Assembly (NCBI GenBank): GCA_000002435.2
Contig: CM018790.1
DNA from: Giardia intestinalis
Taxonomy: Eukaryota
Strand: one strand, 5' to 3'
DNA: 64,000 nt
The translations under genes and the position numbers were made by a program. The stretch's first letter is position 1. Each line of letters begins with the position of its first letter. Shown in pieces: positions 58,561-64,000 of this stretch. The notes beneath the pieces were generated by a model that saw only the letters and a list, made by a program, of their open reading frames with translations, did no database searches and had not been told where the DNA came from.

Positions 58561-58675
58561 TTATTTTTATAGTGGAAAGGATTCACTGGACGGCCTATAG
58601 GCTGGAGCACAGCGTGTATTTTGCTTCGTAGTATCTGGTAGGCTACTGGGTGGTAGTGCTCAGAGCCTTGGTTGC

Positions 58676-58969
58676 CTAGCCATGGACCTCCTCTTCTGGT
58701 TCTAGCTCCATACCGCCATCGTGATCATCGATACCCTGATCTGCAACAGCGTTGAGTATCCGCAGTATGCCGTGTATGGACTGAAGAACCTTCAAATTCT
58801 TGATGACCCCTTCCATGGAAAACGTGAGGGAAGCCTCTTGTTTGAGTACCACAGCCGCCTGCTGTTCATTCTGAGACCCCGCGGTTGCAGAGCAGATCAT
58901 ATTCTTGTAAGACTGTAGCGCCTCCGTCGCGCAGCTGTGCGCTAGGGCTACTAGAGACTCTATCTCCAT
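58676..58969 (-). CDS. Small hypothetical protein (97 aa from the ATG at 58969).
   Basis: The ORF is open to 59035, but that upstream start would collide with the divergent coiled-coil gene. I prefer MEIESLVALAHSCATEALQSYKNM... No family assigned. Confidence 0.35.
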   Translation of the reverse strand: MEIESLVALAHSCATEALQSYKNMICSATAGSQNEQQAAVVLKQEASLTFSMEGVIKNLKVLQSIHGILRILNAVADQGIDDHDGGMELEPEEEVHG

Positions 58970-59033
58970 GAGGTTCTTTTTGCCTAAGAGCAGAAAAACG
59001 GAAAGAAAAACAGAATTTTGTTTGTTAACCCCC

Positions 59034-61058
59034 ATGGCTACGTATGATCACATTATGAGCTCACTGCAGGATCACGTCGACTCCCTTACCACACTGTCTG
59101 CAAATATCACCCAAGCAGTTGCTGAAGACCCGACAATTCCCATGGATTCGTTCGAGACCGAGATTGCGCTCATTGAGACGAAGTTTCAGGCTGTCCAGCG
59201 GGCCGTGACGCAGGCTCTAGGTGGAAATAGCATGAATACAGATGAATTATGCACGTTAAACTACAAGTATATGGAGTGCAACAAGAAGTTAAAAGACATC
59301 CGAAAGTTCATAGCAGAGCACGAAAAGGAGGGACTTTTGACCACAGACAACGATGATTTAAAGGATCTTTCTCCGGAGGATCTCAACACAGGAGGACCGG
59401 AGCCTACGAAACCGTACAGACAGGTTCACATATCCGCCGCGGCCCCAGTACCAAACTTTCTTGCCCCACCAGCAACTGGCCATTCAGGTGGAGGTGCCCT
59501 AGTAATCCCTCCTCAAACGTCCCCGTCCATCGCTAAGTTGCAATCTGCTGCCTCTATTAATAAGGGGTCTTACAACTCTCTCTTGGCTGTCTCTAACATA
59601 GGTGACAAGGGAGCTAATGTCTTGCTCCCCTCTGATGGTACTGAACTGTCCATGCGTACCAGTTCACCATCTGGTGTCCTTCGTAAGAGTTCTAACCCTG
59701 AACAGTACAAAAAACACGCAGAAGAGCTTAACAGAGGCATCAATAAGCTTCGTTCAAACCTCATAGCACTCAATCGAGCAGCTAATGAGCCAGAGACAAT
59801 CACAGAGGCTCTGACGGGCGTCAATCTGCAAGACGCTCGACTGGCCAGAGATAACAAGAAGCCCGTATCTGGGTCGGAGAGCGTGGCACAAATCACGGCC
59901 AATTTACGACGAGAAAACATCTCTCTCAAGGAGGAGCTGACAACGCTGAAGACACGCACAAAGCAGCAAGAAGATGAGATAGCATCCCTCAAGAAGGCAC
60001 TCTCCACGCAAACGAAGCTATCGGAAAAGCAGTCTGATGACATAGACATCCTTCAGGCTTCACTAGATAGAGTCACAGAAGAGCGCCAGTCGTTATCTGC
60101 TACATTGAAAGAGAAAATGCGCGCACTCGGAGACCTGCGCAAACAGCTAGACACTATAAGTGATCAGAACAAGGAGTTGACCGAATTGTTGGAGGTGGAG
60201 CGCAATGATCGAAATGTGGCCATCTCAGAACTGCGCGCAGAGCTGGGTCACTATAAAGCAGAGAACGATACCCTTAAGAGTAGACTCAAGACCCTAGACG
60301 AACTAAATGTAGAAGGCAACGTGCTTGAGCTGGAGCGAGTCACTGCCGACATCGAAGACATGCAGACTATGGTTAAGCAATTGAAGAAGCAAAAGGCAGA
60401 TATGGCCAATAGATTTGCGCGTGAGAAGGAGCTTCTCCAAGAGAACATCGATGTTTTAGAAGCGCAGCTTGCCTCAGGTTACTTAGAATCGGAGAAGGGC
60501 GCTCCGTCCCACGCTGAAATCGTCATGCTGGAGCAAGAGGTGGTCAAGCGCGACATTGAAATTAAGCGTCTCCGTAATCTGGTTGCTAAGGCCATGAGTG
60601 ACAAGGATGAAGCAATGGCTCTTCTGGGTCTTGGAGCCGGTGACACTACAGACGAACGTACAGATGAGACTGACACAGACAGCGCGAGCTTTAGGATGCT
60701 TGAGCCTAGGTCCGGGTTTTCTACTGTGCCGCCTGGGCCATACCCTGTTGGCCGTCAGAGCTTTCTTTCTAGTCTACCACAGGCTCCGCCCCAGCCCCTC
60801 CAACCAGATGCGGGCAGAGCTCCCAGTACTCTTTCTATGTTACTATCCCAGAAGGCTGGCCCTTCCTTCGGTGTTTCCACGGGTCAGCTGGGACGAGTGG
60901 GTGGGTCTGAGGGGCATCCAACAGGGAGAAATGCCAGTTTACATGATGATTCCACTGTGTCCGGAGCTAACGAAATCGAGGACGATGACCTCGATGTGGC
61001 TGCTCTTGTCAGGAAGAAGCGTGATAAGAGACTATCAGTAACAAATGCCCCCAAGTGA
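59034..61058 (+). CDS. Coiled-coil protein (about 675 aa).
   Basis: I prefer the start MATYDHIMSSLQDH (59034) to the overlapping 58968. Long heptad region (LKEELTTLKTRTKQQEDEIASLKKALSTQTKLSEKQSDDIDILQASLDRVTEERQSL...), then a Pro/Gly-rich tail. The AGTGAAC poly(A) signal overlaps its TGA stop. Confidence 0.55.
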   Translation: MATYDHIMSSLQDHVDSLTTLSANITQAVAEDPTIPMDSFETEIALIETKFQAVQRAVTQALGGNSMNTDELCTLNYKYMECNKKLKDIRKFIAEHEKEGLLTTDNDDLKDLSPEDLNTGGPEPTKPYRQVHISAAAPVPNFLAPPATGHSGGGALVIPPQTSPSIAKLQSAASINKGSYNSLLAVSNIGDKGANVLLPSDGTELSMRTSSPSGVLRKSSNPEQYKKHAEELNRGINKLRSNLIALNRAANEPETITEALTGVNLQDARLARDNKKPVSGSESVAQITANLRRENISLKEELTTLKTRTKQQEDEIASLKKALSTQTKLSEKQSDDIDILQASLDRVTEERQSLSATLKEKMRALGDLRKQLDTISDQNKELTELLEVERNDRNVAISELRAELGHYKAENDTLKSRLKTLDELNVEGNVLELERVTADIEDMQTMVKQLKKQKADMANRFAREKELLQENIDVLEAQLASGYLESEKGAPSHAEIVMLEQEVVKRDIEIKRLRNLVAKAMSDKDEAMALLGLGAGDTTDERTDETDTDSASFRMLEPRSGFSTVPPGPYPVGRQSFLSSLPQAPPQPLQPDAGRAPSTLSMLLSQKAGPSFGVSTGQLGRVGGSEGHPTGRNASLHDDSTVSGANEIEDDDLDVAALVRKKRDKRLSVTNAPK

Positions 61059-61060
61059 AC
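61054..61060 (+). terminator. Putative polyadenylation signal AGTGAAC overlapping the TGA stop of the coiled-coil gene.
   Basis: ccAAGTGAACgag, with the TGA stop at 61056-61058 inside the heptamer. This is a characteristic Giardia arrangement. Confidence 0.4.
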
Positions 61061-61083
61061 GAGAACAAGCTTTGGCATGGTCA

Positions 61084-61281
61084 CTATTCTGCTGTATCCA
61101 CAGAGTTGCCACTTTGGTCTCGTAAGAGCATGACTTCTCTGATCGCAGCAGCAAGAGCTTCAGGATTTGCACCCCCTTCACAAAGAGAAAGTATGCAAGC
61201 AAGAGCGCTCCGAGACAATCCCGTCTTCAATATACTTGATATTTCCTCGATGTGGATGAGCGCGTCTGCAAGATCGGGCAT
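61084..61281 (-). CDS. MZT1: MOZART1/GIP1-like small protein (65 aa), a gamma-tubulin complex subunit.
   Basis: MPDLADALIHIEEISSILKTGLSRSALACILSLCEGGANPEALAAAIREVMLLRDQ... aligns with the MOZART1 core (human ...[44 protein letters not shown]): EIS.IL.TGL....L.....LCE.G.NPEAL...I.E. It has an ATG start and lies in a 385-bp gap, 25 bp from the upstream convergent stop and 162 bp from the next divergent start. Confidence 0.65.
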   Translation of the reverse strand: MPDLADALIHIEEISSILKTGLSRSALACILSLCEGGANPEALAAAIREVMLLRDQSGNSVDTAE

Positions 61282-61443
61282 TTTTTGGTTAAAAATCTAG
61301 GTACCCTAGCCTACTTTTCTCGTGTCAACCTTCTGTTGTGGAAGCATGCACAACCTGCTGGGATTCCTCTTCGCTTCAGTACCAGAACAAAGACATTTCC
61401 CGAACTAGCTCAAAGTCTCGATGTGGGAATTTATTAAAATTCC

Positions 61444-62442
61444 ATGGATATCACGGGCTGGTTTTGTGCAGCAGAAGCAGGAGACCTTGAACACATTAAG
61501 GAGACATGTATACAGTTTGTAGGCAAAGTCAATGAAAGAGGTCGGACAGCCTTAATGTTGGCTGCATCCTTAGGGCACAGATCCATCTGTGATTTCCTCG
61601 CTAGGTTTGAAGGCCGTCAGACAACGCCTAAAGGAGTAACTGCCCTTATGATTGCAGCGGAGTTGCAGCACATTGACATTGTGGCCGTTCTAGCGCCCTA
61701 TGAGTCAAGGATGCGCTCAGACAAGGCAGAACCAGCAATTATACGTGCTGCGCGCCATTGCTGCATGCCAGCGTTAGAGATTCTCCTACCCTACGAGATG
61801 TGCTATGCATCGGAGTGCTTGGCTGTGGCAAAAATTAATAGGTTGGAAGAGGTATATAAACGGATTGATGCTGCTCTCACAGACAACTTCACAGAGAGCC
61901 TCAGTGTACAGGCTACTTTGGCTCAGCCCATCCTCCCTCAGAACAGTCTATTACCACAATCTCAGCATCAATCCCAATGTATTCAGATGTTAGGGGTAGA
62001 TGGGGACGTGGATGCACGTGTAGATGCAACCGCAGACACAACTCTGCAGCAGGCCGATCTTATCACAACACTTACCATTGAGCTGGAGGATCTTCGTCTG
62101 GTAGAACGAGAGTATGAGGATCTAAAGCATATGTGTGAAGCATACCAAGAGCAGATCCGTGAACTGAACCTGGACAATGACACTCTATTCACTGACAACA
62201 TGTCTCTACGGCGGGACAAAGAGAAGCATCTAAGAGCCCTAAAAAGACTCGGCCCCTGTCCATCCTGCAAGAAGTCACGATCGGAATTGCAGAATCTACT
62301 GGCTGAAAACACACGGCTATCAGCAAAATTATCGACAATAAAGACAAACTCCTTGGAGGTATGGTCTAGGATTCTAATGAAGAGGGCCTTGAGCGACGAA
62401 GAAATACAGCGATTCGCCCCCTTTGCTGATTTAATTCAGTAA
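61444..62442 (+). CDS. Ankyrin-repeat + coiled-coil protein (Protein 21.1 family, short form).
   Basis: MDITGWFCAAEAGDLEHIKET, then GRTALMLAASLGHRSICDFLARFE and GVTALMIAAELQHIDIVAVLAPYE. C-terminal heptads (TIELEDLRLVEREYEDLKHMCEAYQEQIRELNLDND). Confidence 0.7.
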   Translation: MDITGWFCAAEAGDLEHIKETCIQFVGKVNERGRTALMLAASLGHRSICDFLARFEGRQTTPKGVTALMIAAELQHIDIVAVLAPYESRMRSDKAEPAIIRAARHCCMPALEILLPYEMCYASECLAVAKINRLEEVYKRIDAALTDNFTESLSVQATLAQPILPQNSLLPQSQHQSQCIQMLGVDGDVDARVDATADTTLQQADLITTLTIELEDLRLVEREYEDLKHMCEAYQEQIRELNLDNDTLFTDNMSLRRDKEKHLRALKRLGPCPSCKKSRSELQNLLAENTRLSAKLSTIKTNSLEVWSRILMKRALSDEEIQRFAPFADLIQ

Positions 62443-62502
62443 TGCAGATAGGGGTTAAAGATCAAAGACCAGTAATTACTGGTAGGTGATCCATCCCGCC
62501 TG

Positions 62503-63957
62503 CTACGTCAAAGCGTTGCTTATTTCTCTCCGTAGCTTATCAATTGCCGATTCGAATTCCGTGAGTCGTACGCTTGCAAAGAAGCTCATTAACGTCTTGC
62601 ACGTGGCCATGTCTTGCTGATAAATGGCTACCTTGGCTGGATCCGAGGTCTTTTGGATGCTAGAGACATATAACTTTATAAATCTCTCCAATATCCCTCT
62701 CACACGCGTGCCTTGTATATTATACCTGAACATGTTACAGACCTCGTTAGGAACATAACGCTCTATGAACTCATTCGGGGAGATGTTCGCCATAACATAC
62801 ACATTTGTCAGGATTTCACACAGTTCTGACAGAAACTCGCTAAGAAGGTCTGCTCCCACATTATTTATTTTCCTGCTTAAATCATGGAGAGTCCGGGGCC
62901 AAAAAACTGTCATGATGACTCCGTAGATGGCGCCAAGGATTGGAAACGGTACAAAGATGCTTTCATATTTCTTGATAGGAGTAGTAACCTCCGTCAAGCC
63001 AAAATGCTTGTATATCTTGTCCTTGTGAGGGCTTCCTGTCACTTCTATAGGTTTATCAACTGTCACACCCATTGTTACACTGTGGATACCAGATCCAGCC
63101 CAGGCGATCGAGTCAACTTGTCTATGACTACGCGTGCCAATGATTTCATCGTTAAATATGGCTATCAGTGATGAACACAGCTCTTCGAGTTTTCGTAAAT
63201 TTTCCCTTGTTGTGTGTGAATAGATATAGCCATAGAGAGATTCTAGAAGAACGAACTGGGAGCCCATCAGCTGGTTGCCTAGCCTGCCATCTAGTAACTC
63301 TGCGAAAGTCCCTGGGGTCATCGGGACCTTGTTCGACTCGGCTATGGCGCCAAAAAGCCTATCTTGTCTTCTGCAAAGATCGGTAACGGAGGATACCATA
63401 TCTTGCGACGGCCCTCCATCTGTACCAACTGCAGGCCGACCCTGCGACAGAAGTACTGTGAGTGTCGGATACTCAGCAGCAGACACATTGTCTCTATATT
63501 CATAATCTGCCACAGCGCGAGTGGATGGATGGAGTACGCTGGTGTAAAGCGCCCAGATGGCATGCTCAGACCAGGTTAGATCGTTTTGTTTAACATCCTT
63601 GCTATCGCCAAAATTATTTATAATGTGTTTGATTGGTGCAACTACAGCCATGAAGAATTCATCTAGCCTTATGGTTCCGCGGAGAGAAAGGGTACTGGGA
63701 TAAATCGGCTTCAAAAACGTTGCCACCGCATTGGAATTTATCCGCAGCACATCCAATAGCTCAGAAAAATATCTATAGACCGTCACGTCGTGTCTCTTTC
63801 TGTCTATTAGAACAGCAACGTCAAAGATATATCTCAATAAGACAAGTGAGACGATGGGATCATCCTTTACCTTCAGGCACGCTTCGACTGACTTATCTAA
63901 AAGTATATGTAACTCCTTTAAAAGCTTGTCTTTGATCTGGCCCTCCGATAGCTTCAT
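62503..63957 (-). CDS. Hypothetical protein (at least 484 aa). Its N-terminus may extend beyond the window: the frame stays open upstream of the ATG at 63957 to position 64000.
   Basis: Long ORF with Giardia-like composition. No motif recognised. The frame upstream of 63957 has no stop (...AYEIRFRLDDTCNRMKLSEG). Confidence 0.45.
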   Translation of the reverse strand: MKLSEGQIKDKLLKELHILLDKSVEACLKVKDDPIVSLVLLRYIFDVAVLIDRKRHDVTVYRYFSELLDVLRINSNAVATFLKPIYPSTLSLRGTIRLDEFFMAVVAPIKHIINNFGDSKDVKQNDLTWSEHAIWALYTSVLHPSTRAVADYEYRDNVSAAEYPTLTVLLSQGRPAVGTDGGPSQDMVSSVTDLCRRQDRLFGAIAESNKVPMTPGTFAELLDGRLGNQLMGSQFVLLESLYGYIYSHTTRENLRKLEELCSSLIAIFNDEIIGTRSHRQVDSIAWAGSGIHSVTMGVTVDKPIEVTGSPHKDKIYKHFGLTEVTTPIKKYESIFVPFPILGAIYGVIMTVFWPRTLHDLSRKINNVGADLLSEFLSELCEILTNVYVMANISPNEFIERYVPNEVCNMFRYNIQGTRVRGILERFIKLYVSSIQKTSDPAKVAIYQQDMATCKTLMSFFASVRLTEFESAIDKLRREISNALT

Positions 63958-64000
63958 GCGGTTGCAGGTGTCATCGAGTCTGAAGCGTATTTCATAAGCA

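Noticed and set aside
1-64000. CRISPR arrays, IS elements, integrases, toxin-antitoxin or other prokaryotic defence or mobile systems
   Set aside because: There are no arrays of regularly spaced direct repeats, no terminal inverted repeats flanking a transposase-like ORF, and no HTH/integrase signatures. The window is eukaryotic, where these categories do not apply.

Overview
This window is not prokaryotic. It reads as a densely packed chromosomal segment of a diplomonad, almost certainly Giardia intestinalis or a close relative. Evidence for that assignment: about 50% GC; long intron-less ORFs on both strands separated by very short A/T-rich spacers (often under 100 bp, some overlapping); seven proteins built from the Giardia-type ankyrin repeat 'G.TALM.AA...E', the 'Protein 21.1' family, three of them fused to degenerate NEK-like kinase domains; a 1,681-aa high-cysteine membrane protein (HCMP/VSP-like, CxxC-rich, signal peptide plus C-terminal TM); and AGTRAAY-type polyadenylation signals at or near several stop codons. 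There are no CRISPR arrays, IS/transposon signatures, rRNA genes or obvious tRNA genes. The supplied ORF track uses bacterial alternative starts (GTG/TTG), so I moved several starts to the first in-frame ATG. Sequence motifs support these housekeeping calls: a Ulp1/SENP C48 protease, an inositol-polyphosphate 5-phosphatase, an RRM protein, a ubiquitin-like modifier ending in LRGG, a ZPR1 zinc-finger protein, a p47-like SEP-UBX cofactor, an ENT-family nucleoside transporter next to a 5'(3')-deoxyribonucleotidase, a CDKAL1-type radical-SAM tRNA methylthiotransferase, CPSF73, an M16C PreP-like metalloprotease, an RluA-family pseudouridine synthase, and three paralogous alpha/beta-hydrolases within 7 kb. 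The most interesting items are two probable micro-ORFs in 'empty' intergenic gaps: a 65-aa MOZART1/GIP1 homolog (gamma-tubulin complex) and a 56-aa Dpy-30-motif protein that falls below the ORF-track length cutoff. Other observations include the very compact bidirectional promoters and overlapping gene ends, a long-insert Ulp1 variant, an internally duplicated phospho-motif in a giant coiled-coil protein, and a possible frameshift or tandem-paralog junction at 51.4 kb. I found no novel prokaryote-style system in this window.
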